A stretch of DNA of 49,815 bases from Proteromonas lacertae (taxonomy: Eukaryota). Made by a program: the position numbers and the translations under genes. The stretch covers positions 1 through 49,815 of the forward strand of contig NGBS01000625.1 of the NCBI GenBank assembly GCA_002245135.1, written 5' to 3'. Each line of letters starts with the position of its first letter. Positions within the stretch are counted from its first letter, which is position 1. The notes under the pieces are model-generated. The model saw nothing but the letters and a program-made list of their open reading frames with translations, was not told the DNA's origin and did not search any database. Below are positions 1 to 10,786 of this stretch, in pieces.

Positions 1-2
1 AT

Positions 3-988
3 CTTCTAAGACCAGCCTTAAGAAACATCCAAGAACGCCTTGAAGATATACAACACTTTGTCAAGGACTCCAAGATCAAGGAGGATAATACCAACTACTT
101 CATCCTCACATCTCAGTTCATCGATAAGGTCATCACTTCCCTAAGACAACTTAGTAAAGCTGCTAATCACCTGGTTGTTGAACTAAAGGCTTATGAGAAG
201 ATGCTTCAACACGATCATCCGATGCTCTTCAAGGACAAGACAATCTCCCTGGATGCATACTTTAAGGCAACTAACTACTTGATCAACTACACTGATGAAG
301 TTATTCATATCCTCGACTCGAAGAATCTCATGAGCATTACGTCCTTAAGGATTCTGCTTACTTCCTTAAGTACAAGAGTCAATCCTGCAGCTACGTGAAA
401 GTAGAGAACCGACCTAGTACAAGAACAGACTCCGAGAAGGTACTTGTTTTTGACGAGGACAACTTACTTCATGCACCCACAGCTGTTACTTACGCACAAA
501 TGAAGTTAGTCAAGGAGATGATGGATAACGCATCCCAACTCTACGTAGACTTCAACAAGGAGATGATCACCTGGTTGATATATTACGGTATTGACTTCCA
601 GGATCTTCCAGTTACTTCATTGAGTCTCAACTTTACGGATTCCATGCAGGAGGAAGAAGGCATCACTGGTAATGAGTCCATGGAGGAGGAGGACAATGAT
701 GATGGTAATATCGATGGTAAGCAGAAGGATTCATCTTCAGTAACATCTTCAATCAAGAGTAAGGAACTTATAAATCCGCAACCTCAACAATCTCATGAAC
801 GTCCCGACATCTTTAGCAGTGACAACGATACCGATAATGAAGATAATGATAAGGCCGGTAAGGAAGTTAAATTAACTCCTGTCAATGTCATTGAAGAGAA
901 CGTTCCTAAGCTAGTCGATGAATTGCTAGAGCAACCACCTCCACTACCTCCTAAGCCTGTAATCACCAAGTCTGGTAAACAATTATGA
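3..988 (+). pseudogene. Unknown helical protein with an acidic, Pro-rich C-terminus; 5'-truncated and apparently frameshifted at about 395
   Basis: The frame is open from base 3 to 398 and overlaps a second open frame 395-988. Codon usage is consistent across both. No recognisable domain. Confidence 0.4.
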
Positions 989-1194
989 GTCCTTCATGCA
1001 TCTCCAAAGAGTCCTTGAATTTACCTAGTACTTGTTGCTTGCGCTTCTGTAACTGGTCGTACTCATAATTGATCGGAGCCATCGTAGCGTAGATATTCCT
1101 GGGTAATGAGTAAGCTAGCAATCTCCTTTGATACCTTGACATTGAATTTCTTTTGTTTATCCCAACAATTGCAATTAGGAATCAACTCAATAGC

Positions 1195-1800
1195 TTACTT
1201 ATCATCCTCATCTAACATACCCAGCTTCATGCACTTTACCGTGATATCCTTCACATTATCTATTCCCAAGGAGATGTTTATTGTGTTGTACTTATCTAAG
1301 TTCATCTTATCAGTAAAGTCAAAGGTCCATTGCCTTATGAAGATGCGGACGATTCTCTCTCCGGGATGTGCAAGGCCATAAATCTTCCTACGATCAGTCA
1401 TGGGATTGTACTTCACTAGGAAGCCAATTGTCCTTAAAGAGATATTCACCTGATCCTCTAAGCACTTCCTCAGCTTCATGATCATCATCTCCTATAATCC
1501 TGAAGAGTCTCTTGAGTACCTCCCGATTACGATCCACAATCTTGAGCTTAGCGTAACATTGGTGATCTTCTTATCGTCTGGGTCAGGGATGAACTTAGCG
1601 ATGCAATCAATGATCACTGGTTTCTCGGGAGTGATGTAAGTCTTTGATAGCTAGTTCTGATTTCCTTTTACAGTTGCCTCGTAAGTATAGATTCTCATTA
1701 CCATCTTTGAAAGCCCTTTCATCATGAACTCATCCTTACGATCGTCTTCATACTTCTCAGTGATCTCCTTGATAAGATTGAAGTACTTCTGTTCTTATTC
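1195..1800 (-). pseudogene. Element gene family X, paralog A (frameshifted)
   Basis: Fragments KYFNLIKEITEKYEDDRKDE, VIIDCIAKFIPD, LKIVDRNREVLKRLFRIIGDDDHEAEEVLRG and GERIVRIFIRQWTFDFTD...DNVKDITVKC align in order with paralog B. Confidence 0.65.
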
Positions 1801-1925
1801 ATCGATCAAGTATAGGAATAAGTTTATTGAACTGAATCAACCCCGAGATTACCATCCATCTGAGAACCATTACTCCTGGAGGATTGAATTCAATGATGGA
1901 TGGATGAGATCATTACTTGGTATTT

Positions 1926-2570
1926 CCTTTGAACTCCTTCCTTGCAGCTATGCATCTGTCGGTGATGTCTTCCACATCGTCGTTACCAGCAACGACTTCT
2001 AAGGTGCGGTACTTGGAGTAGTCCTTTGAGTCAATAAAGTTAAAGGTCCATCTAGGGAGTCTTAAACGAAAAATCCTCTTACCAAGACTTGCTAGGTGTT
2101 GGAACTTACTAATTGTTTTAGCAGCCCGTAGCTGACATTGCCAAACCTGCTTACTATTATCGTTCCTCTTAAAACATCCTCAGCATCGTGTTTGTTATCT
2201 CCAATCACTTCGAAGAGCTTCCTTAAGATCTGATGATTGCTATCATGGATCTTCAGATAAATCCTATTGTCGCCTAAGTCCCGAACAACGCTTCCAACAC
2301 AGTCCACAATCATTGGGATCACCGGAGTGATGGTTACCTTCCTTGTTCATGGAATGCCTTTATCCATAAAGTTTTTATTCATAGCATCCCCGTAAGTGTC
2401 TGAGTCTTCTACTCGCATCTTATAAGTGAAGAGCTTATCAATCTTCTCCTGTCTGGTCGTCTTCTTCGGGAAGGTCAATTCCTCCTTACGTTCCTGATCG
2501 TAGTTCTCGGTGACTTCACGGATCAGGTTGAAATAGTTCTCATTCATTGACTTCATCGGATGAGAATTAT
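1926..2570 (-). pseudogene. Element gene family X, paralog B (left copy, frameshifted)
   Basis: ORFs 2347-2556 and 2092-2322 plus a downstream frame. Near-identical to the better-preserved copy at 24530-25215 (+). Confidence 0.6.
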
Positions 2571-2866
2571 CGGACTGCCCTCAACTCACTTTGTTAATTA
2601 AGTCTTGACGTTTTCCTAGAATTGACTTTTTACTCACTCCATGAAGATAAGGATTCCTCCGAAGAATGAACTTAGAGCAAATGCAAAGTCCCATCAACGC
2701 GATAAACTAGTCCAGAAAGTAATAGCAACCCTTGGAATTCATAAACCTAGATAATCACTTACTTTAGTTCATCAGGAAGTGTTATCTCAAGAGTCTTCAT
2801 CGACATCGTCAGTTCATCGCGGTTCAGATACTGTTTCAGAAACTCCTTCAAGAACATCATCCGTCC

Positions 2867-3436
2867 TTGATTTTACCTAGTGATGATAAGAACTCCATCG
2901 TTTATCAAGAATGTTTCCTAGCAGTTCCCTTTACAACAGCACCAAAGGCTTTCATCAATCTAAGTATAGATGGGGAGGTAAAGGGTTTTGTTTGTTGTGG
3001 TAGCTCCTTCTACATCGCTTTATTAGCTTCGCTTCATCGCGAGGAGTTCAAAGGTATTCACAAGATAGACCTTGAAAGATTCTTATGGTTCAAAGCGTTC
3101 TCGTACTACCTAAGGCTAAGTGAATGCATCTCCAATCCCTTACTATGCGATAAGTCGATTGCTAAGATAGAGGAGGACAATCATCTATCCAATAACGTAT
3201 TTAAGATGCTTCAGAAGCCAGATATTCACTTAGTTCCTTCCAATGATTCCTATAAGCAGGTGAATTTACTTTACCTGGAAGAGAATTGTAAGCCTTCAAC
3301 ATTTCCTAGCACAGATACTCCAAATAATGAATCTCTTAGAGGTTCTACGATCATCCATTTCCATTACGTCACCATCGTTGATCTGTCTATGAGTTTATCA
3401 ACCCAAGACAAGAGAAGTAATAGAATCACCATGTAA
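2867..3436 (+). CDS. Hypothetical element-encoded protein (about 190 aa)
   Basis: The open frame is preserved almost identically in the inverted copy (23672-24313, minus). It has no ATG start and no known domain. Confidence 0.35.
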   Translation: MILPSDDKNSIVYQECFLAVPFTTAPKAFINLSIDGEVKGFVCCGSSFYIALLASLHREEFKGIHKIDLERFLWFKAFSYYLRLSECISNPLLCDKSIAKIEEDNHLSNNVFKMLQKPDIHLVPSNDSYKQVNLLYLEENCKPSTFPSTDTPNNESLRGSTIIHFHYVTIVDLSMSLSTQDKRSNRITM

Positions 3437-4741
3437 GTTAGAAAAAGAAGTCTGGCCTTTGACGTCTATTGATCATGCGTGTGATAATCCTACTCCATTG
3501 ATCTATCAACTCCGACAACTCGTTAAGGATCTTGCTTATTGAATCTAGTCTTTGTTGGGCGTAGTCAACGATATAGATATACCTTGTAGCTACCTTAGTC
3601 TTGATTACCGTGGTAACTTCATTGTCTTGTTCACTACTAGGCCTTGAAAGTTGTTGACATCTCCTTACTTCCTCTTGAGATAGTCTACTCCTTCCTACGT
3701 GTTCCTCCAATTCCTTCTTACGACTACTCCTCCATACAGAGAAGATTGCTAGATAATTGATCTCCTTGTGAAGTTGCTGATCTATCTTCTTAAAATCAAC
3801 CTTACCAAGGATCGGTAAGTTGCTAGTATCAATGGTCCTTGCCTTTATCGATATGAAGCTTCAGAGAATACAACACCAGGCAAGATTATTTCATCATGCT
3901 GACCTTGATGGATTCAACAATCGTTTCTTAAGAGTATACCCAGCTGATCTCCTCCATACTCTTCAGAATTGAATTAGTTTACCTAGACAATTAACAAGGA
4001 CGATGAGACTTACCTTCAGAAGACTATTGAGATTGCTGCTATCTCTTTTCAAGGTCCTTGAGAATTATAGAATTGATTGAAGCCTCCCGAAGTCATCATT
4101 GTATACTTGTTAACAATTGTAAAGTTCCAGTTCTTCTTTGAGTTGTCCATTGCGTTCAAAGATTGCCCTGTTGATTACCCTAGCTTTTCAATGGCCTTGT
4201 AAATTGACTAACTAATAGAAGAACCATCTAGACCTTCCCAAATACGTCCAGCCGTGCATGACTGCGTCAGGAAATCTCCCATGATGGGAGATTCCTTCCT
4301 TGCCAACACAGCTGTTCTTCTTGTGAAGGTCTTGGATGAACTTATCTAGGAGAGTTATAAGGATGATAAAACATACCTTCAGAAGCCTTCCGAGATTGCT
4401 AATCATTATCTTCAAGTGCCCTTGAGAAATCCACAACTAGCTAGAACCTCCCTGAGTTACCAAATGTAAACTCCCGGTTCCACGATTGATTTCCACAGTT
4501 CAATTAAAAGCCCTTACAAGGTCACCAGCGTAGCAAGGAGAGTCAAGAGTATGATTAGATTCATCATTACATCGAGGTAACCAACACTTCTAGATAGCTT
4601 CCAGGAGTACCCGTAGGGAAGTAGACCCCGTTGAGAAGTAGACCCTGTTGGGAGGAATCCCATAGGAACCTTACGTAAATGGAACCCTGGGACATTGTCA
4701 CAGAGTTCTAACGAGTGTTCTAGGAGTCCGTCCCCTTCTAG

Positions 4742-4812
4742 ATTCAGAGTTGACCTTTACGGGAGCTTCATCGATTGCATCGATGAAGCTCCCGTAAAGG
4801 TCAACTCTGAAT
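4742..4812. repeat. Perfect hairpin/palindrome: 34-bp arms with a 3-nt loop (TGC)
   Basis: ATTCAGAGTTGACCTTTACGGGAGCTTCATCGAT (4742-4775) - TGC - exact reverse complement (4779-4812). Confidence 0.98.
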
Positions 4813-4830
4813 TATAAGACATTTTAATTG

Positions 4831-5125
4831 AAAAAAGAAAATATTGAATCAAGCCTCACTCAAGCCAATTTTTACATTTCAACTAATGAATTTTTGTTTA
4901 AATTAGCTAAATATGCATTTAGTTTCCTTCAAAAGTTTCTAGAAAACAAACAACGCAAATATTCAAACTATTTATATTAACAAAAAAGTATACTGCAGAG
5001 GTAGGTCATATAACAAAGTAAGTATAAAAGTAACAATTTTTCATCAAGACAAGTAATAATATACATTTAGTTTGTTTTAAAAGTGTCTGGTAGACAAATG
5101 ACCAACTATGACAAGCGACACACAA
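4831..5125 (+). repeat. AT-rich dispersed repeat, copy 1 (direct repeat of 27270-27606); possible degenerate pogo/DDE_1 transposon relic
   Basis: Long shared blocks, e.g. ATTAGCTAAATATGCATTTAGTTTCCTTCAAAA and GGTCATATAACAAAGTAAGTATAAAAGTAACAATTTTTCATCAA. Begins with TCAAGCC-N4-TCAAGCC. Confidence 0.85.
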
Positions 5126-5765
5126 TAAAGATGGCTGGAGTAATAGAATTAAATATAAAAATCCTATTCTCGGTTGAATGTCTGCATCGAGATATCTTTT
5201 TAATTTTTTCGGAATCAAATTTGATTTATATGCTACTCTATTGTCTGATATCGCCATATTTATCATAAATCATATATACGGAAAAGAATATTTATCTATT
5301 TTTAAATCAAGTATAGTGAAAGATGTTTATATAGAAATAATAGCAGATTATTAGGAAATAAACAAAGATATCAACATCAATTAGAAATATTAGAAAGAAT
5401 ATATTCATTTACAACGTTTATGGATAATAGTATAGTTAATTATATTATGTAGATTTTTCCAAAATAGTATAATTTGAACAGAAATCAAAATATATTTGTA
5501 ACAGCTTATGAAGTATGCATCATGCTGTTTAATTTATTAAACATAAATTCAATGATAAAGAACAGTCTATTAGGTGCTTTAAACAATGAAAATAATTGTA
5601 ATAACTCTTTCAGGAGGATGTTACTGTAATATGAAAAAGTGATATAAGTAATTATTCAAATAGACCTTGTTGGATCTATGAAAAATTACATCTAGACAAT
5701 CATTGTTTGGCTATGATGAATTAGATATTAGGAGGTTGAACATTATTTATATCATAATAAACACC

Positions 5766-6760
5766 ATGCAATTGAATTTTAACAGAGAAGCATTAATATA
5801 ATTTCTTTATTACATTTATTCTATTTAATAATTTCTTTATCACTATTATTTTGTATTTATAATTGTAATAAATATCAATATAATCAACATATTTTCTTTG
5901 AAAGACTTGCGAAATACAATAACAATAATTCTATTCTTTTACAAGAAATAAAATATAATCCACCTTATTATGATATAGATTTATTTATTCCAAAATATTT
6001 TGATTTTAGAATTGAATTAGAGCCAATAGAACGAAATGAATATAACAATATTATAGCAGTATTATCTTCTCCTCACAATTTTAAGAAAAGATATTCTTTT
6101 AGATTAAATTACAATAAACACAATAATATGTATAGAACTAAACTATTATTCTTTTTTGGAACTTCTGTTTATGAGAATTATGAATTGCTAAAATATGAAT
6201 CTCTGCTCTATAATGATATAGTTCAATTTAAATTTCAGAACAGCTATTTAAACCTAACTCTTTTATCAGTAATGGCAATTAAATACAGTTATAGAAATTT
6301 CAATAATTCATTATTTTATATAAAAACAGATGATGACGTATTAATAAACTATAAAATCTTAAACCACGTATTAAGTATTATCAATCAAAATAATAATAGT
6401 ATATATGGACATTTAGCTCCATCTTTTATTGTAGATAGAGACAAGAATAGTAAAAGCTATATACCGTTATTTGAATATCCTTATAAAATATTACCAATGT
6501 ATGTTTATGGATGTATTATAATATCAACATATAATTCTATAAAGAATATATATATACAAACTACTAAAAAACAGCATTATGTATGGAGAGAAGATGTTAA
6601 CTTTGGCATATTGTGCAACTTAAGCGGAATAAATATTATGCAGTTACCTAACAAAATTGATATTAAAATAAAAGAAAAAAATTGTACATATATTAATAAT
6701 ATCATTGCAATAGAAGTAGAATCATTTATTGATGATTTCTATTGTTTAGAATATTACTAA
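5766..6760 (+). CDS. GT31 beta-1,3-galactosyl/GlcNAc-transferase-like, type II membrane protein; apparent 1-nt frameshift at about 5785
   Basis: The frame is open 5783-6760 with an N-terminal TM segment, LSSPHNFKKR, QNSYLNLTL, KTDDDV (DxD) and WREDVNFG. The only upstream ATG (5766) is out of frame. Confidence 0.85.
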
Positions 6761-6779
6761 AAGAATATTTATATTTATG

Positions 6780-7790
6780 CTATACTTTATTATATTTATT
6801 AATATATTCACATAAATCACAAGGTTTAAATGAATATTTTTTCATATTGTAATACCAGTTTTGTGAATATGAATATGGCCATTTAATATATTCTAGCAAA
6901 ATATTTCTATTGTTTTTGATGGTATATATGTATTCTATTAGTGCATCATAGTTTTTATAATCTTTTGCATTTATTATTGAAGTGTTTGATGGATAATACT
7001 CATCTATGTTCATAGCTCCAAAGTAAATTGGAATTGATCCTCCTCTTAAACAATCCCATAATTTTTCTGTTACATAATCATTATCAAGCGAGTCTGAATG
7101 CATTTGTCCCCATTTTACTTGATTTATTGTATTCTCTATTGCCAAACAGAATTTGTACTTCCGTATAATAAATATTTTGTCATTTGATTTATTAAAAGGC
7201 CATTTCATGTGTTTGCTAAATGCATCTCCGTATTTATCCACATCTATTCTTTTGCTAAACATCTCACACAATCTATTTCTCTTTTTATAATTCACTCTAT
7301 AAATAAAAACTGCATCTTTTCTTTTCATAAATTCATTTATAGAAATAATTGAATGTCTAGCTTCTGTGATTATTTTATCGATGTTATTATAATAAGTATA
7401 TGGATAATGATGTTGTGTTTTTATTCTTTTGTAACTGATTAACACATTAAATATTTTATTATTACCTCTAATTATAGTATTCATTTCTTTCCATCTACTT
7501 ATTGCCTCTAAGTTACATAAAAAATATAAACAATTTCTTTTCCTTGTAATGTTCTTTTTAAAATATATCCTGCTATATATTATAGCATTTGGTAGATAAT
7601 TTTCTTTTTTTGATACGTAACAGATTAGATGACCACATAAGTATACTCTATTTTTTAGCAAAAACCAATTATCACTATATTTATTATTGATATATACTTT
7701 TATATAATTAGATGTATTTCGATATATAATATAAATCATTGTAATGTAGATTAACATTAGAAAATGATAATCTAAAAAGAAGCATGACAT
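6780..7790 (-). CDS. GT10 alpha-1,3/4-fucosyltransferase
   Basis: Alpha-1,3-FucT motif YKFCLAIENT...DYVTEKLWDCLRGGSIPIYFG, followed by INAKDY. N-terminal TM segment. Confidence 0.95.
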   Translation of the reverse strand: MSCFFLDYHFLMLIYITMIYIIYRNTSNYIKVYINNKYSDNWFLLKNRVYLCGHLICYVSKKENYLPNAIIYSRIYFKKNITRKRNCLYFLCNLEAISRWKEMNTIIRGNNKIFNVLISYKRIKTQHHYPYTYYNNIDKIITEARHSIISINEFMKRKDAVFIYRVNYKKRNRLCEMFSKRIDVDKYGDAFSKHMKWPFNKSNDKIFIIRKYKFCLAIENTINQVKWGQMHSDSLDNDYVTEKLWDCLRGGSIPIYFGAMNIDEYYPSNTSIINAKDYKNYDALIEYIYTIKNNRNILLEYIKWPYSYSQNWYYNMKKYSFKPCDLCEYINKYNKV

Positions 7791-7807
7791 TTATATTTTT
7801 TGAGTGA

Positions 7808-8809
7808 ATGATACTCTTATTGATAATTTCATATTTTTATATATTTTTACTATATTTTTATATTTCATATTTTAATAATTACAATATATTTCAAAAATTA
7901 AATATAAGAATTAATAGTGAGATGAAGATATATGACATGTGTATTAAGAGGAATAATAATCTTCTACCATGTAGGAATTTAATAAAATATAATTCTGCGC
8001 TTGTTGAAGAAAAAGTTCATCAGTCCTATTTTCCAACATCAATTCTGTTTTTATGCAAAAAACATGTTAATGTAGCATGTTCAAATACGCTCATTGTTGT
8101 AGGAATTCTATCTAGACCTGAATATTTTTATGAAAGAATGATTATTAGAAGAATATTTAGAAATAGAAAGTACATTATTCATATATTTATATGCGGTATT
8201 TCGTTGAATGATGAAATTAATGATATTATAAAAAGAGAAAGTAATATATATATGGATATAATTACATTTGATGTTATTAATTCATACTATAATTGCTCAA
8301 TTATAATGTCGTGTTTTTATTCATATCTTTTTAAGAACTGCAGAAATATTAAGTGGATTATAAAGTTGGATATAGATACGTATATTAACATAAATATGAT
8401 ATTTAATATTTTAAATATAAATAATAAAAATATATCAGTTATTGGAAGGATATGTAAAAAACCTAAGATGAAATGTAATACAAAATATAAATGGTCTTTA
8501 TCATGCAATAATACTAACTCAAGTTATGTTTATTTCCCACCTTATCCTTTTGGTCCTGGTTTTATATTTAACTATTCATATATTCAATGTATTAATTCAT
8601 ATTTTGCTAGAAATAAATATATAATTTGGATTGAAGACATTTTCTTTGGTATGATAATGAAATACTGTAAAATGAATTATATGGATATAAGCAATATTAC
8701 AGAAATTACATATTCTTCAAAAGTAAATTTATCAATAGCAGAGCATTATATATTTGTTCATGGTTTTAATCCAATAGAAATATTAATAGCTAATCAAATT
8801 TATCAGTAG
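7808..8809 (+). CDS. GT31 beta-1,3-glycosyltransferase
   Basis: TM anchor; GILSRPEYFYERMIIR, ESNIYMDII, INSYYN, KLDIDTY, FPPYPFGPGF, IEDIFFG. Confidence 0.9.
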   Translation: MILLLIISYFYIFLLYFYISYFNNYNIFQKLNIRINSEMKIYDMCIKRNNNLLPCRNLIKYNSALVEEKVHQSYFPTSILFLCKKHVNVACSNTLIVVGILSRPEYFYERMIIRRIFRNRKYIIHIFICGISLNDEINDIIKRESNIYMDIITFDVINSYYNCSIIMSCFYSYLFKNCRNIKWIIKLDIDTYININMIFNILNINNKNISVIGRICKKPKMKCNTKYKWSLSCNNTNSSYVYFPPYPFGPGFIFNYSYIQCINSYFARNKYIIWIEDIFFGMIMKYCKMNYMDISNITEITYSSKVNLSIAEHYIFVHGFNPIEILIANQIYQ

Positions 8810-8816
8810 TGATAGA

Positions 8817-9905
8817 ATGAATATATTATATTTTTTGGGGTTATTATTATTAATATTTATTACATATTTAAAACCAAAAAAATTAACAATAAAGAGTTCT
8901 GTTTCCATGCAGCATTTTTATAGAAATAATCTTGTTATATATTAGGCTGTTGAAGATAAAAGGTATAATGTTATTAGAATATTAGGAGGAATGTATTTAA
9001 ACTTAAACAGATCTCTTATAGTAATTAAAGTTAATAATGAAATTGTGAATTACAGAATTAAAGTATTGGGTTTAATTGTCATTTTTAACATACATTTTCC
9101 TCTCAAATATATAAATATTGTAATTAATTATAATAAATCAGTTAAACAGATATATGTAAATAATATTGCAATAGAATATCAAATAATAAAAAGAATGATT
9201 ATATTCATAATTTCACTGTTTGTATAACTTCTCTAAAAAACAATTTTACAGCTAAAACGCTGTTAAATCAAACACTTAGTATAATGTATATAATATGGAT
9301 GATGTCTCACATGCAATTATATACTATGGAGATATATCAGATGATGTATATAATGTAATGAAAGCACATGTGATTAGCGGTTTTATAAATATTATATATT
9401 GGCCTGATCTTGAAATACTTTCATATATGAAAAATTATGGTCAAATTTTGAAAATGAATGATTGCTTGTATAGAAGTTATTATAACAGTAAGTATATTAT
9501 AAACACTGATATAGATGAAATAATAATTCCAAAAAGGTATTATGATATAAAAAGAAATGTAATTGCGGAATGTTTAAATTCTATTCTAAAACCTTTCCAA
9601 CTAAAAATAAGGTAGATTATATGTGCAAGCATGGAAGAGAAACATACAATAAATTACCTTCTATTCCCGATTTTAGTTTATATGATAAAACATTAGCTTG
9701 CAAAGAAACAATGGCAAGAACAAAGTACATTATATCTAATAGAAATGTAGAAGCTATTCGATTTCATGATGCAATAAGTAAAGATAATTAGAGCATAGTT
9801 GATTACAATGATGGATATTGTAGGCATACAAGACTGATTCCTGAAAACATAAAGATTCTATGTATTAATTTGACTAAAGATAGGACAATTGATAAATACA
9901 AATAG
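8817..9905 (+). pseudogene. GT92/DUF23 glycosyltransferase, disrupted
   Basis: ATG at 8817 followed by a TM segment. In-frame TAG at 8943 and 9789 and frameshifts near 9200 and 9560. Motifs FTVCI, YGQILKMNDCLYR, TDIDEIIIP and DGYCRHTR match the intact paralogs. Confidence 0.8.
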
Positions 9906-9915
9906 AGTTGAGTTT

Positions 9916-10773
9916 TTAAAACACATATTTTTGACTATCTAATAAATTGATTAACTTATTTTTATTTCTTTTAAAGTATATATCATCTTCATAATGTGTA
10001 GTAATATTATTTCTACCATAATCCGAGCATATATTATTAAAGCCTTGACTATATAGTATTATACTCAATGCACTTTGATCGTATCTATGATTTCTTATAC
10101 TAGATCCCAGAGGAGCAATACATGCAATATTTAGAGCGCATTGTTTCCATTTATTTAATACAATATCAACAGTTTTTGAAGGATACATCAATGCAATTGC
10201 TGCTCCAGAACAAGATGTTCTATTAAGTATTCTATTGCATACATTGAAGTATTTTATCATTCCTATATGTGTATATAAACTCAGTTTATGATTAACATTT
10301 TCTGACCATATATTGTATTTTTTTATGTGATTAAAAATGTAATCTAATGAGCCAGAAACATTACATCCACTATCTAGCCATAAAAGTGGTAATTTGTATA
10401 AATAATATGTTTCATATATAATAACTACTTTCCATGCATAATTACCATAATTATTATTTATATTGAAATATTTTGGATATTTACTATATTTAAAATCAAA
10501 TATTTTTATTCTTTTATTTATAAGAGTATGATTATTTATTGTATATATGATTTTTTTTGATAATCCTAAATTCCATACTGCCATATAACAATTTATACCA
10601 TGTAAATTGATAGAATAAATCAAATTTAATAAAGAAAATTCATGATTTGAAGATGAAGCTGTAGTAATAACACATTTAATATAATCATTTAATACACATG
10701 ATAAGAATAACATAAAACTGAAAAATATCCAATAAAAAATATACATAATACTTCTATAACATATAACTATCAT
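9916..10773 (-). CDS. DUF1647-like putative glycosyltransferase
   Basis: TM anchor; TASSSNH, WNLGL, YAWK, LWLDSG, CIAPLGS and NHRYDQSALS are motifs characteristic of the DUF1647 family. Confidence 0.75.
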   Translation of the reverse strand: MIVICYRSIMYIFYWIFFSFMLFLSCVLNDYIKCVITTASSSNHEFSLLNLIYSINLHGINCYMAVWNLGLSKKIIYTINNHTLINKRIKIFDFKYSKYPKYFNINNNYGNYAWKVVIIYETYYLYKLPLLWLDSGCNVSGSLDYIFNHIKKYNIWSENVNHKLSLYTHIGMIKYFNVCNRILNRTSCSGAAIALMYPSKTVDIVLNKWKQCALNIACIAPLGSSIRNHRYDQSALSIILYSQGFNNICSDYGRNNITTHYEDDIYFKRNKNKLINLLDSQKYVF

Positions 10774-10786
10774 AAAGTATATAAAA

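Larger units (their letters stand above)
1..4812. mobile_element. Degenerate GC-richer multi-ORF repeat element, left copy (class unknown; possibly virus-like or transposon-derived; runs off the window start)
   Basis: Composition changes abruptly at about 4813 (about 40% GC versus about 20% on spot counts). Codon style differs from the host (AAG/TTC/ATC/GAC). The ORFs are intronless and fragmented. 1472-4178 recurs inverted at 22889-26055. I recognise no transposase, integrase or capsid motif. Confidence 0.6.

Noticed and set aside
1106..2002. Plus-strand ORFs 1106-1381 and 1724-2002
   Set aside because: They are antisense to the conserved minus-strand paralog pair and have no independent support.
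8817..9905. Stop-codon reassignment suggested by in-frame TAG/TAA codons
   Set aside because: TAA, TAG and TGA all terminate intact genes here, long ORFs contain none internally, and this gene also has frameshifts.
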